A stretch of DNA of 64,000 bases, from the NCBI GenBank assembly GCA_965203175.1, contig OZ241867.1, forward strand, positions 3,232,001-3,296,000. The letters run 5' to 3'. This DNA is from Candidatus Latescibacterota bacterium (lineage in GTDB: Bacteria > Latescibacterota > UBA2968 > UBA8231). Every line of letters starts with the position of its first letter. Positions within the stretch are counted from its first letter, which is position 1. The position numbers and the translations under genes were made by a program. Of this stretch, positions 27,253-37,339 are shown in pieces. The notes beneath the pieces are model-generated. The model did not search any database, was not told the DNA's origin, and saw nothing but the letters and a program-made list of their open reading frames with translations.

Positions 27253-29298
27253 ATGCCGGCGACCGATCCTACCACACCTGAGTCGGGCAGGGTTGGCCGT
27301 CTGCTGCCGGCTGCCTTTCGCTCGCGGCTGGATCTGGAGCCACCCGACCCAGAACCTGCCGTAGAAGAGGCCGGCTCGGCCTTTACGCTTAGGGCTTTTG
27401 CCCTAGGCACTTTTTTGGCCGCTTTTATCGGCGGCGGCGTGGCCTATAGCACCTTGTACTTGCAAGGCTCCTTCATGGCCTTGGGTTTTAGTACGGTCGG
27501 CGCGGTTTGCCTGCTGGCCCTGCTGACGGGGCTGATCAATCCCCTGCTCAAGTTGTGCGGGACGCAGGGTTTGCGCCGGGGCGAATTGCTGCTGGTCTAT
27601 GTTATGATGGTGATGGCCTCGCCCATCCCCATTGTTTTTACCTCGAAGATCATCAGCCAGCTCGCCGCTCCCTTTTACTTTGCCACGCCCGAAAACGATT
27701 GGCAGAGTCTCATCCACCCCCACATCCCGCACTGGATGATGCCGCGCCAACTCGGCGACGCCCAGTTTTTCTTTGAGGGGATGGGTGCCGACTACGCGGT
27801 GCCGTGGGAAGCTTGGTTGTTGGCGTTGGCGGCTTGGCAGCCCTTTATCTGGTCTCTCTTCTTGGTGATGATCGCCATCATGGTCGTTTTGCGGCGGCAG
27901 TGGATCGACAACGAGCGCCTCGTCTATCCGCTGGTGCAAGTGCCGCTGGCCATGACTGCGATGGGAGAGGCTAAAGAGCGCTGGCCGCCCTTTTTTAAAA
28001 ATCGGGGAATGTGGATCGGTTTTGCGCTCGCTGCCACTTGGAGTACGCTGCACGGCTTGTACGCCTATTTCCCGGAAGGCGTGCAATTCGCTAGCAGCGT
28101 CGATTTGTTCCACCAACAACTGTCAATCATGCGCGGCACATCTACGCTGTATGTCATCTTCCGTTTCAACATCTTCGGTTTTTTTTACTTCCTCAAGACT
28201 GAAGTCGCGCTCAGCCTGTGGGTTTTCAATCTGTTGGCCAACCTCTTGCGCGGCACTTTCGCCATCCTCGGCATTGGCAATACGCCCAGCTTGGGCGGTG
28301 GCCACGGCATCCCACACACGCTGCAGGTCTATCACGCTATGGGCGCGATGGTGGTCCTCTCCCTCGGTGGCTTGTGGGCCGCTCGCCGCCATCTGGCCGC
28401 AGTCTGGCGCAAGGCTTGGTCCGGCGACCCGGCCATTGACGACGCCGATGAAATACTGTCTTACCGAGCGGCGGTGGCCATCCTCATCGTCGGCACGGCG
28501 ATCATGATCGGCTGGCTGTGGCTGGCTGGATTGCCGCTGTGGGCCGGCGCGGCGTTGCTGTTTCTGGCCGGTGCCCTTTTTGTCGCTTTCACCCGGGTGG
28601 TCGCCGAGGGCGGTCTGTCGGACGGCGCTCCGCCCGTGGTGCCGGCCGGCATCCTCATCTCCGCGGTAGGGTCGTCGGCTTTGGGGGCGCCGGGCTTGGT
28701 CTTGCTGGCCAGTACCTACATCTGGACGGCCAATGTCCGCAGCTTCGTCATGGCCTCCTGCGCCAACAGTCTGAAACTGGGCCAGGAACTAGGCCGAGGG
28801 CGTCGGCCTTTGTTCTGGGCTATGGTCGTGGCCATAGCTGTGGCGCTAGCGGCTTCGATCTGGATGATTTTGGAGCTGAGCTACGAGCACGGCAACCTCA
28901 ATTTGCGGGCTATGGTCAGCCGCGAAGCGCCCTACCGCTATGTCGAGGGCCTGCTGCGCTATCCGAGTGAGGTGCATCTGTGGGGCTGGATCAATATGGG
29001 CTTGGGCGCGGCCATTATGTTGGGCTTGACCGTGGCCCGGTGGCACTACGCCTGGTGGCCCCTGCACCCTTTGGGCTATCCCATTGGGCCGACGTGGATT
29101 ATGGACCATCTGTGGTTCAATATGTTCTTGGCTTGGTTCGTCAAAGTCCTAGTGCTCAAGTACGGCGGTGCCGATCTCTACCACCGGACTAGGCCGTTTT
29201 TTATGGGCCTGATCTTGGGGCAACTGCTGCCGGGCGGCATCTTCCTCGTCATCGACCATTTTACCGGCACGGTCGGCAATGTGATTTTCTGGGGTTAG
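27253..29298 (+). CDS. Polytopic membrane protein, DUF6785/DUF6784-type (OPT/peptide-transporter-like)
   Basis: Many TM segments; LRRQWIDNERLVYPL, RVVAEGG, WWPLHPLGY, KYGG...RPFFMGLILG. Confidence 0.75.
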   Translation: MPATDPTTPESGRVGRLLPAAFRSRLDLEPPDPEPAVEEAGSAFTLRAFALGTFLAAFIGGGVAYSTLYLQGSFMALGFSTVGAVCLLALLTGLINPLLKLCGTQGLRRGELLLVYVMMVMASPIPIVFTSKIISQLAAPFYFATPENDWQSLIHPHIPHWMMPRQLGDAQFFFEGMGADYAVPWEAWLLALAAWQPFIWSLFLVMIAIMVVLRRQWIDNERLVYPLVQVPLAMTAMGEAKERWPPFFKNRGMWIGFALAATWSTLHGLYAYFPEGVQFASSVDLFHQQLSIMRGTSTLYVIFRFNIFGFFYFLKTEVALSLWVFNLLANLLRGTFAILGIGNTPSLGGGHGIPHTLQVYHAMGAMVVLSLGGLWAARRHLAAVWRKAWSGDPAIDDADEILSYRAAVAILIVGTAIMIGWLWLAGLPLWAGAALLFLAGALFVAFTRVVAEGGLSDGAPPVVPAGILISAVGSSALGAPGLVLLASTYIWTANVRSFVMASCANSLKLGQELGRGRRPLFWAMVVAIAVALAASIWMILELSYEHGNLNLRAMVSREAPYRYVEGLLRYPSEVHLWGWINMGLGAAIMLGLTVARWHYAWWPLHPLGYPIGPTWIMDHLWFNMFLAWFVKVLVLKYGGADLYHRTRPFFMGLILGQLLPGGIFLVIDHFTGTVGNVIFWG

Positions 29299-29316
29299 CT
29301 ACTGCCGACCGAGGCT

Positions 29317-29422
29317 TGTCATGCTGAGGAAGCCGATAGGCTGACGAAGAATCTCCTACCTACAGGGTCTCGCCCGTAGGTAGGAGATTCTTCGACTCCG
29401 CTGCGCTCCGCTCAGAATGACA
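29317..29422. repeat. REP-like palindromic element, full copy
   Basis: Outer arms TGTCATGCTGAG / CTCAGAATGACA; perfect 19-bp inner inverted repeat CGAAGAATCTCCTACCTAC (29345-29363) / GTAGGTAGGAGATTCTTCG (29376-29394). Confidence 0.85.
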
Positions 29423-29445
29423 GAGCAATTAGATGTCTAACTGGT

Positions 29446-32400
29446 ATGAATAACTTAGGGCGATATCTAGCGATCTGGTTGGGGCTGCTGCAAACGCCTT
29501 GCTACGGCGAGGTGGCTGCTTTGCGCGCCACCATCGAAGCCTTAAGCGCTGTCGAATCGCGCTTGGCTGGCTATCCCGGTGCTGAAGCGGGTGCCGCGTT
29601 GGTGGAACGCGAATTGGTCGCGGCTGGCGTCGAAGCGGTGCGGCGCGACTCGTTTGCCGTGGTGGTGCCCGTAGATCGCGGTGCTCACCTGCGCTTGGAG
29701 CAGAGTGGGGAAGAGGTGCCGCTGTGGGGCTTGTGGCCGAATCTGGCGCGGACGGTCACGCTGCCGCCAGAGGGCCTGCGAGCGCCGATGATCTACGGCG
29801 GCCGGGGTGAGTGGCGCGACTTCGACGGCCACGCCATGGACGGGCGCATTGTCCTGCTGGAATTCGATAGTTGGAACCACTGGCTGCGCGCCGCGTCGCT
29901 GGGTGCCCGGGCCGTGGTATTTATCGCGCCCGAGCAGACCAACCGCCACCAAGCCGCGGCCAAATACGCCCACGTGCCGCTCGACATCCCCCGCTTCTGG
30001 ATCGAGCGAGAAGCGGGCCTCGTGTTGCGCCAGCGCCTGCAGGTTGGAGAGCTGTTGGTACACTTGCAGGGCCGCATGGACTGGCAACAGCGACCGGCGT
30101 GGAATATCTGGGGCGTAATCCCTGGTGCCGATCCCGAGTTGGCCGCCGAGCGCGTCGCCATCGAGGCGTACTACGACGGGATTTCCGTGGTGCCGGGCCG
30201 GGCACCTAGCGCTGAGACTGCCTGCGGCATTGCCGCTTTATTGGAATTGGCCCGCCATCTAGTAGTCCATCCACCAGCGCGTACCATCATTCTAGTGGCG
30301 ACCTCGGCTCACTTTCAAGGTCGCCAGGGCATGGCCGAATTTCTCGCTCGCCACGCCCGGCCTTTGGAGGAACCGCTCCACATAGACCTGTTCATCGGTC
30401 TGGACCTATCGAGTCGCACCGATCAAGTCGGCATCTGGAACAATACTGCTAGGCCCGAATTGCGGCGCTTTTTCGCCCCATTCGGTCGCCGCTTCAGCGG
30501 CTACGCCAGCACCCTAGACTCGGCGGTAGTCGGCAGTCTGGTCAACGGCATCACCCCCATCAAGGGCTTGGACTGGTCGGCGTACATGCCCGGCAGCATC
30601 GCTGCCAACAGCCGGCTCGCTCTCGAAGGCGGCTTGATCTCCTTGGGCCTGATTACCGTGAACGACGCCCGCCTGCAGATTGATTCGCCGCTGGACCAGC
30701 CAGACGCGGTCAACTACGACAATCTGGCGCGCCAAGTCGCCTTGATAAACGGCGTGCTGCAACAGGCCCTAAACGATCCGCAACTGTTGGAGGAGAAAGC
30801 GGCCTTTGGGCCGGTATTGCAGGATCGCTTGCGCGACTTGCGCCTCAAGGTGCGGACCTTTCCGCGCCGCTCGCAAACGCCGGACCGGCCAGTGGCCGAC
30901 GCGGTGGCCGTAGTGCGACGGCAATGGGCGACTGCTGGCAAAGCCGTCAAAGGGGTGCGCACGGCCCAAGTCCATCTCAGCGACGACGAGGGGGAGTTGC
31001 TCATAACGGGGCTGCCGCAGGCCCAATACCGCACCAACGTGTACGTCTTGGACCCGCAAGACGGAACCATTACCTATGCCGCTGATCTGAGCAAAAGGGC
31101 GGAAGGATTCCACGGGAAACCGCTGCCCGACGGCTCCATTCCCATCACCGTCCAGTGGGCACTCACCGAGAAATCGGTGGTGGTTTTCCCCTGCCTGAGC
31201 CGCCCTTTTTACGGCCTCATTAATCCGCGCTCGCTCAATTTCTTAAGCGGCATCACTGTGGTCAATCGATACGACACTGCCCCGCGCCAATATGGCTACG
31301 CGCTGGGTAGCGGCCTCGACGAAGCGGCTGGGATGGTATTCGGGCCGCAGGCCGCCGATCCGCAAAACCGCATCAAAATACTGGCGGGCCGGCAACTGTT
31401 GTTACTCAACAACGGTATCCCCGACAGCCGACCCAGTGGCGAGGGTTTTGATCTGGCTGAAGAGCGACTAGTGCCGACGCTGTTGCAGGCCGCTTGGGAT
31501 ATGTGGCGCCTCGACGAGGATCGGCTGCAGACCATGCGCGACCACGCCATTGAAAACCACTACCTGCAGCGCCTGCACCAGCGCACTGCCCAAGTCCTCG
31601 AAGCCGCCCAAGAGGCCGCCCAGCGCAAAGAGTGGAGCCGCTACGTGGCCCATCTGCGGGTGGCGCTGGGATTGGAAAACCAGGTCTATCCCGAGGCCAT
31701 GGCGACTTTAAACGACGTCATAAAGGGCATGGTATTCTTTTTGGCGCTGCTCATTCCCGCGGCCTTTTTGGGCGAGCGCCTGCTGTTGGGGGCAACGCAT
31801 ATTACGCGACAGTTAGCTGGTTTTGGCGCGTTATTGGCCGTAGTCTGGCTCGCGATTTCTCAGGTGCATCCCGCCTTTGCCATTGCCCATCCGCTGGTCA
31901 TCCTGCTGGCCTTTGCCATCATGGCTATGGCCAGTCTCGTCCTCGTCCTCATCAGCAGTCGCTTCAACAGTTTTATGAAGGAACGCGGCGACCGGATCCA
32001 CCACGTTGAGATGCGGCGTTTTAGCGTCGCCCATGCCGCGTTCATGCTGGGCATATCCAACATGCGGCGGCGCAAACTGCGCACCGGCTTGACCTTGACG
32101 ACTCTGGTCCTGCTGACGTTTACGGTGCTTTCCTTTGCCTCGTACGAGAGCCGGGCACGCTTTATCTCGCTGCCTCTCGAACACGAGGGAGGGTACGAGG
32201 GCATCTTGGTCCGCAACCGGGCTTGGAATCCCTTGGGCCAGCCCACGTTGGATTACATCCGCTCCCACTTTGCCGCAGTCGGCCCGATCAGTTCGCGCAA
32301 CTGGTTCATTTTGCAGGAGGACAAAAAGACGTATCTGGAAGCCGCAGCTGGCCGGCAATTGGTGCGGACCTATGGCTTGCTCGGCCTAAATCCCGAGGAA

Positions 32401-33801
32401 ACCGACATAACAGGCGTTGACCAAGCTCTGACGGCTGGCCGCTTTTTCACCGCCGCGGCTGAGGCTAGTTGTCTGCTGCCTTTGCCGATGGCTGAAGCCT
32501 TGGGCTTGGATGCCGGCGACTTGGGACGCGCGCAAGTGCGGGTGATGGGTAAAACACTGACCGTGGTGGGCTTGTTCGATCCAGAGGTCTTCAACGACAT
32601 CCGCGATCTAGACGACGGGCCGCTGACGCCGGTGGACTTTGAGTTATCCCAAACCGCCGGCAGCACCTTTCAGATCAACCAGAGCGCGGCCACGACAGCT
32701 ACCGCCTCCCAGTATCGCCCATACGTGCACATACTGCCGGACAACGTGCTGATTGCGCCCTATGAGATCGTCCGCCAAATGGGGGGGCGGCTGCGCTCGG
32801 TGGCCGTCGCCTTTGACCGGGAGCGATTGGACGCCGGGGCGGGCCAAGCGCTGTTGGAAGACTTCCTGCTGCGAGTGGCCGTCAGCCTGTTCGTCGGCTT
32901 GCGGCAGGACGGGACTTCGACCATTGGCGTCTGGGCCTATTCGTCGATTGGGGCGACGGCGATAAAGGGTCTAGGAGTGCTGATCGTACCCATGCTTATC
33001 GCGGCCTTCATCGTCCTCAATACTATGCTCGGGACGGTGTACGAGCGCCTCAAGGACATTGGCATCTACGCGGCTGTAGGGCTGGCCCCGTCCCACATCG
33101 CCCTGCTGTTCATTGCCGAAGCCTGTGCCTATGCGGTTCTGGGCATTACGCTGGGGTACTTGGGCGGCCAAGGGACGGGTTTGGTGCTGAACTACTGGGA
33201 CATGCTGAGTGGACTCAATTTGAACTATTCGTCTCTAGCGGCTGTGTTTTCTGCGCTCATCGTCATGGGGGTGGTCTTGCTGTCTACGGTGTATCCGGCT
33301 CGGGTGGCCGCTCGCACTGCTGTGCCCGATCTAGTGCGGCGCTGGCAGCCCGAGCCGCCAGTCGGGGCCGAGTGGGAATTCCGCTTCCCCTTCTTGGTGT
33401 CGGCGGCCGAGGCCAAGGGTCTGTGCGGCTTTTTGTTGGATTACCTAGCGTCGTACGGCGAGGCGTCGATTGGCTCGTTTTACACCGAGGGAACCTTGCT
33501 TCAGTCCTTTGCCACGCCCCAAGGCACGGCCTATGCCCTCGAAGCCAAGGTGTGGCTGGCACCGCTGGATTTGGGCGTGAGCCAGCACGCAGTACTGTGC
33601 ATCTGCCCCGAGGAGCAAGCCAATATTTACGGCCTAGTGTTCTATCTGCGCTGCCTCAGCGGCGACAACGATTCGTGGCGTCGGGCCAACCGCAGCTTTT
33701 TGCAGGCGATCCGCAAAGAGTTGCTGATCTGGAATACGCTCAAAGCAGCGGAGCGGAGTACTTTTCAGCAGCGGGCGGAGGAACAACTTCAGCGGCAATA
33801 A
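29446..33801 (+). CDS. Large membrane protein: M28-peptidase-like extracytoplasmic region plus FtsX/MacB-like permease
   Basis: Signal peptide; PA/M28-like region (NIWGVIPG, EAYYDG, GIAALLELAR, IGLDLSS); TM bundle; NMRRRKLRTGLT; VYERLKDIGIYAAVGL (FtsX). Confidence 0.8.
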   Translation: MNNLGRYLAIWLGLLQTPCYGEVAALRATIEALSAVESRLAGYPGAEAGAALVERELVAAGVEAVRRDSFAVVVPVDRGAHLRLEQSGEEVPLWGLWPNLARTVTLPPEGLRAPMIYGGRGEWRDFDGHAMDGRIVLLEFDSWNHWLRAASLGARAVVFIAPEQTNRHQAAAKYAHVPLDIPRFWIEREAGLVLRQRLQVGELLVHLQGRMDWQQRPAWNIWGVIPGADPELAAERVAIEAYYDGISVVPGRAPSAETACGIAALLELARHLVVHPPARTIILVATSAHFQGRQGMAEFLARHARPLEEPLHIDLFIGLDLSSRTDQVGIWNNTARPELRRFFAPFGRRFSGYASTLDSAVVGSLVNGITPIKGLDWSAYMPGSIAANSRLALEGGLISLGLITVNDARLQIDSPLDQPDAVNYDNLARQVALINGVLQQALNDPQLLEEKAAFGPVLQDRLRDLRLKVRTFPRRSQTPDRPVADAVAVVRRQWATAGKAVKGVRTAQVHLSDDEGELLITGLPQAQYRTNVYVLDPQDGTITYAADLSKRAEGFHGKPLPDGSIPITVQWALTEKSVVVFPCLSRPFYGLINPRSLNFLSGITVVNRYDTAPRQYGYALGSGLDEAAGMVFGPQAADPQNRIKILAGRQLLLLNNGIPDSRPSGEGFDLAEERLVPTLLQAAWDMWRLDEDRLQTMRDHAIENHYLQRLHQRTAQVLEAAQEAAQRKEWSRYVAHLRVALGLENQVYPEAMATLNDVIKGMVFFLALLIPAAFLGERLLLGATHITRQLAGFGALLAVVWLAISQVHPAFAIAHPLVILLAFAIMAMASLVLVLISSRFNSFMKERGDRIHHVEMRRFSVAHAAFMLGISNMRRRKLRTGLTLTTLVLLTFTVLSFASYESRARFISLPLEHEGGYEGILVRNRAWNPLGQPTLDYIRSHFAAVGPISSRNWFILQEDKKTYLEAAAGRQLVRTYGLLGLNPEETDITGVDQALTAGRFFTAAAEASCLLPLPMAEALGLDAGDLGRAQVRVMGKTLTVVGLFDPEVFNDIRDLDDGPLTPVDFELSQTAGSTFQINQSAATTATASQYRPYVHILPDNVLIAPYEIVRQMGGRLRSVAVAFDRERLDAGAGQALLEDFLLRVAVSLFVGLRQDGTSTIGVWAYSSIGATAIKGLGVLIVPMLIAAFIVLNTMLGTVYERLKDIGIYAAVGLAPSHIALLFIAEACAYAVLGITLGYLGGQGTGLVLNYWDMLSGLNLNYSSLAAVFSALIVMGVVLLSTVYPARVAARTAVPDLVRRWQPEPPVGAEWEFRFPFLVSAAEAKGLCGFLLDYLASYGEASIGSFYTEGTLLQSFATPQGTAYALEAKVWLAPLDLGVSQHAVLCICPEEQANIYGLVFYLRCLSGDNDSWRRANRSFLQAIRKELLIWNTLKAAERSTFQQRAEEQLQRQ

Positions 33802-33954
33802 GCTCGTATAGCAACCCATTATCGCTACCGGCGCAGACCTTTCTCTCACAACATTCTATTGCACAGTCTGCGGAAAAAGGGTTGATTGATTTACTCCTGC
33901 CCCCCTTTCCTGCAAGTAAGGGAACCGTCGCTTAGAGCAAAAAAGGGTGGAGTA

Positions 33955-36900
33955 ATGAACGACGCGAGTGAATCCGCAAAAATCCCGAGTCAGAAAAAAT
34001 CCTTTGATCACATCCTCGGACAGCACTACACGGTCTTCGACGGGCTGGCTGGGATGCACGTGGAAGACATCTACCAAGACCGGCGCGGCCTGCTCTGGAT
34101 CGCCACGGCCGACGGCGGCGTAAGCCGGTTCGACGGGGTGCATTTCGATACTTTTGGCCTGTCGAACGGGATGCCCCATCTCACGGTAATGACGATTGCC
34201 GAGGACCAAGACGGGCGGCTGCTCTTCGGGACGCTCGGCGGCGGGCTGGCCGCGTATAACGGACGTAGCTTGCAGGTGTACACCACCGAGCATGGGCTAC
34301 CGTCCAACAAGATCCTGAGCTTGCAACCGCAGACCGATGGCTCGATGCGGGTGCTGACCGACGCAGGAGTCGGCCGGTTTGCCGACGGGCAGTGCGTAGA
34401 GTGCGTGACAGACATTGAGGGTCAGCCGCTAGGCGCGGTGTACGACATAGCGACTGACGCGGCGGGAACGACGTGGCTGGCGACGCGAGAGCGGGGGGTA
34501 ATCAGCCTTGATGGTCGCCACCTGAGCATGGACTTCAGCGCGGAAAACGGCGCGATGCAGTGGCCTTGGAAATTCGCCCAGGGCACCTCCGGCCCGCTTT
34601 GGATCGCCTTTCGCTATGTTGGTACCGAACCCGTTATAGGCTGCTATGATCCAGTTAGCCAACAGCTCGAACTCATCAAGGCGGGCGATCGGGTCGAAGG
34701 GGCGGATATCGTACAGCACGGCACGCGGCATGTGCGCTTGGACGATAGAGGCTGGCTGTGGATGACCCGCCGAGGCGTCCTGGTGTACGACGGGCAGGCT
34801 TGGCATCCATTCTACACCCGCTTGCCGGATAGCCACTTTTCGGATACGCGGCTGACGTACGAGGACCGCGAGGGGAATATCTGGGTGGGGCTTTGGGGCG
34901 GCGGGCTGGTTTTTTGCGATCCGGTCAGTGTCCAGTTATACACCGAAGCCGACGGCCTACCCGACTGCGAGGTCCGGTGTCTGGACGAAGACCGCGAAGG
35001 TCGGCTATGGATCGGTACGATGGGGGGCCTAGCCTACCGCGAAGCCGACCGGATTCGCCCGGTGGCTCCAAGGCGGACGGTCTCGACTCTGGTGGTAGAT
35101 CGACAGGGGCAGGTCTGGAGCGGAGGGCCCACAGGACAGGTGTTCAGGGAGACGGGTGGAGAGACCCAAGCGATTGAGGTAGCCGAGACAACCCACGCCG
35201 AAGGAATCGCCGGGCTATGGGAAGACCAAGCAGGAAACCTAAGCGTCTGCACGTCCAAAGGGCGATTGGGACGGATCGCAGAAGATCGCTTTATGGAGCG
35301 CAAGGAGTGGTTGCCCGGCGATTGCACCGTCGCGTTGCAGGACGGTGCGGATGCCTTCTGGATCGGCCTCAGTAGGAAAACGTCGGCCCTATGCTATTGT
35401 AAAGATGGCCATTTCCACACGCCTGATATGGCCGGCTTGGAAGCCATCGCGGATGTGAGTGCTTTGTGCGAGTATCAGGGCGTACTCTGGGTGGGGACAG
35501 AAAACTACGGCCTGTTCGCCTTGGATTACGCCTCTGGGGAGATCCGCCGGTTTACGGTGGATCAGGGGGCACTGTCCGTCAATGGCATTTTGGCGCTGGT
35601 AAAAGACCCGCAGGGCGGTATGTGGATTGGGACTAGCGGCGGAGGCGTACTGAAGTACGATGGCCAGACCTTCCAGTGCATCCGGCTGGGGCCGGGCGCG
35701 TTGGAGAATATCGTCGAGGCCATCCTGCGCGATAGCCAAGGCCAGTTGTGGTTTGGGACGCGGGCCGGTCTCATTGCCTATCAGCCTGGGGAGACGCCGC
35801 CCCTCATCCGAATTCGCCAAGTCGTGGCCGGGCGAACTTGGGACGAACCCCAAGCCGTGTCCTGCCCGGAGAGCACCCCCGAGATTCAGTTCCACTTCCA
35901 AGGCATCAGTTTCAGGAGCGGGGCCGAGCAAATGCGTTACAGCCATCGGCTCGTCGGCTACGGCCCGGCCGCAGAGTGGAGCGCGTTCACGCTCGCCAAT
36001 AACGAGACGTACAACGGCGTGCCAGCCGGCCCATTTCGCTTTGAGGTGCGGACCATGGACCGGGATGGCTTGGTGTCAGAAGTAGCCAGCGTAGATGTGC
36101 GGGTAGTCCCCGACGCCCAAAGCGCCCACATCCGGCTCCTAGAGCAAATGCTGCGGATCCCGGGTCGGGAATTTCTCAGCCAGAGCCCGGCCATGGCCCA
36201 GCTCTTGGAGCAGGTCGCCCGGATGGCCGAGACCGATATGACCGTGCTGGTGCTGGGCGAGACCGGCGTGGGCAAGGGAGTGCTGGCGCAGATCATCCAC
36301 AGTCTGAGTCCGCGGCGAGAGCACCCCTTTGTCGCCGTCAATTGCGGGGCCTTGCCCTCCGGGTTAGTCGAAAGCGAGTTGTTCGGCCACGAGAAGGGCG
36401 CCTTTACCAGCGCGGTGAACCGGCAGATCGGCTATTTTGAACGGGCGAATGGCGGCACTTTGTTCCTCGATGAAATCGGCGACTTGTCCCCGGACGCTCA
36501 ACGGGTGCTGCTCCAAATCTTGGAGGAGGGCTACCTGACCCGCATCGGCGGCGAGAAGTCCATTCCGGTGGATGTGCGGGTGGTTGCGGCAACCAACCGC
36601 GATATGAAAAAGGCCATCCGGGAGGGGACGTTTCGGGATGATCTATTCTATCGCTTGGACGTGTTCACCGTGACGCTGCCGCCGCTGCGGGACCGCCGGG
36701 AGGACATCCCGGTCTTGGCGGCGCATTTTGCGAGCCGATATGCCCAAAACCTGCGGCAGCCGGTGCCGGTTCTGAGCGACGAGGTGATAGCGCACTTGCA
36801 AGGGTATTCTTGGCCGGGGAACGTGCGCGAGCTGGAGCACGTGATCCAGCGGGCGGTGGTGCTGTGCGAGGATGATGTCATTCAGGTGGCGGATGCGCCG

Positions 36901-37101
36901 CTTGAGCCGCTGACCTCTGCTGCGCCGATTGCAGGGGCTGAGATCGAGGACGAGAAACAGCAAATAGTGGCGGCCCTGCAAGCGACCAACTGGAGGATTT
37001 ATGGCGAGCGGGGCGCAGCGCACTTGTTGGGTATGCACCCGGAGCGGCTGCGTTCCCGCATGCGCGTGTACGGGTTGCAACGACCCAAGAAATCCTCTTA
37101 A
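33955..37101 (+). CDS. Sigma54 enhancer-binding protein with N-terminal two-component-regulator beta-propellers and a Y_Y_Y domain
   Basis: Repeats DGLA..VEDIYQDRRGLLWIAT, EDREGNIWVG, DSQGQLWFGT; Y_Y_Y-like YSHRL...FEVR; GETGVGK, ESELFGHEKGAFTSA, LFLDEIG, WPGNVREL; C-terminal HTH. ATG at 33955 follows GGAG. Confidence 0.92.
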   Translation: MNDASESAKIPSQKKSFDHILGQHYTVFDGLAGMHVEDIYQDRRGLLWIATADGGVSRFDGVHFDTFGLSNGMPHLTVMTIAEDQDGRLLFGTLGGGLAAYNGRSLQVYTTEHGLPSNKILSLQPQTDGSMRVLTDAGVGRFADGQCVECVTDIEGQPLGAVYDIATDAAGTTWLATRERGVISLDGRHLSMDFSAENGAMQWPWKFAQGTSGPLWIAFRYVGTEPVIGCYDPVSQQLELIKAGDRVEGADIVQHGTRHVRLDDRGWLWMTRRGVLVYDGQAWHPFYTRLPDSHFSDTRLTYEDREGNIWVGLWGGGLVFCDPVSVQLYTEADGLPDCEVRCLDEDREGRLWIGTMGGLAYREADRIRPVAPRRTVSTLVVDRQGQVWSGGPTGQVFRETGGETQAIEVAETTHAEGIAGLWEDQAGNLSVCTSKGRLGRIAEDRFMERKEWLPGDCTVALQDGADAFWIGLSRKTSALCYCKDGHFHTPDMAGLEAIADVSALCEYQGVLWVGTENYGLFALDYASGEIRRFTVDQGALSVNGILALVKDPQGGMWIGTSGGGVLKYDGQTFQCIRLGPGALENIVEAILRDSQGQLWFGTRAGLIAYQPGETPPLIRIRQVVAGRTWDEPQAVSCPESTPEIQFHFQGISFRSGAEQMRYSHRLVGYGPAAEWSAFTLANNETYNGVPAGPFRFEVRTMDRDGLVSEVASVDVRVVPDAQSAHIRLLEQMLRIPGREFLSQSPAMAQLLEQVARMAETDMTVLVLGETGVGKGVLAQIIHSLSPRREHPFVAVNCGALPSGLVESELFGHEKGAFTSAVNRQIGYFERANGGTLFLDEIGDLSPDAQRVLLQILEEGYLTRIGGEKSIPVDVRVVAATNRDMKKAIREGTFRDDLFYRLDVFTVTLPPLRDRREDIPVLAAHFASRYAQNLRQPVPVLSDEVIAHLQGYSWPGNVRELEHVIQRAVVLCEDDVIQVADAPLEPLTSAAPIAGAEIEDEKQQIVAALQATNWRIYGERGAAHLLGMHPERLRSRMRVYGLQRPKKSS

Positions 37102-37142
37102 CGGGCAAAGGAACCGCAGCCGACGGGCCGGGGTTGTTGATG

Positions 37143-37195
37143 AAAAATCGTATAAAAGTCGTATAAAAATCGTATTTATACGGCAAAAGTCGTAT
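37143..37195. repeat. 11-bp tandem repeats AAAA(A/G)TCGTAT, candidate enhancer (UAS)
   Basis: Units at 37143, 37154, 37165 and 37185, plus an inverted half-site (CGTAT-TT-ATACG) at 37171-37182. Confidence 0.75.
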
Positions 37196-37286
37196 AAATC
37201 CACGACAAAGATCGCGGAAAGTCTTGCGCCGATGGCGAGACGGTGCCTCATAGAAATCCCCATCCCATAATTTTAAGTATCATGTT

Positions 37287-37322
37287 TTTCAATCCTTTAG
37301 GTACGTCCTAAAGGATTTTTTT
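37287..37322 (+). promoter_or_regulatory. IHF-like site overlapping an 11-bp hairpin with T-tract (possible terminator of the EBP gene)
   Basis: TTTCAATCCTTTA resembles WATCAANNNNTTR. AATCCTTTAGG-TACGT-CCTAAAGGATT is followed by Ts. Lies between the UAS repeats and the sigma54 promoter. Confidence 0.5.
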
Positions 37323-37339
37323 GTGTATGGCCTGACCGT

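Noticed and set aside
37143-37195. Possible CRISPR array or iterons
   Set aside because: The units are 11 bp and contiguous with no spacers, and no cas or rep gene is present. A UAS fits the context better.
36643-37263. 206-aa minus-strand ORF across the EBP 3' end and the repeats
   Set aside because: Antisense to the conserved AAA+/HTH region and runs through regulatory repeats; not protein-like.
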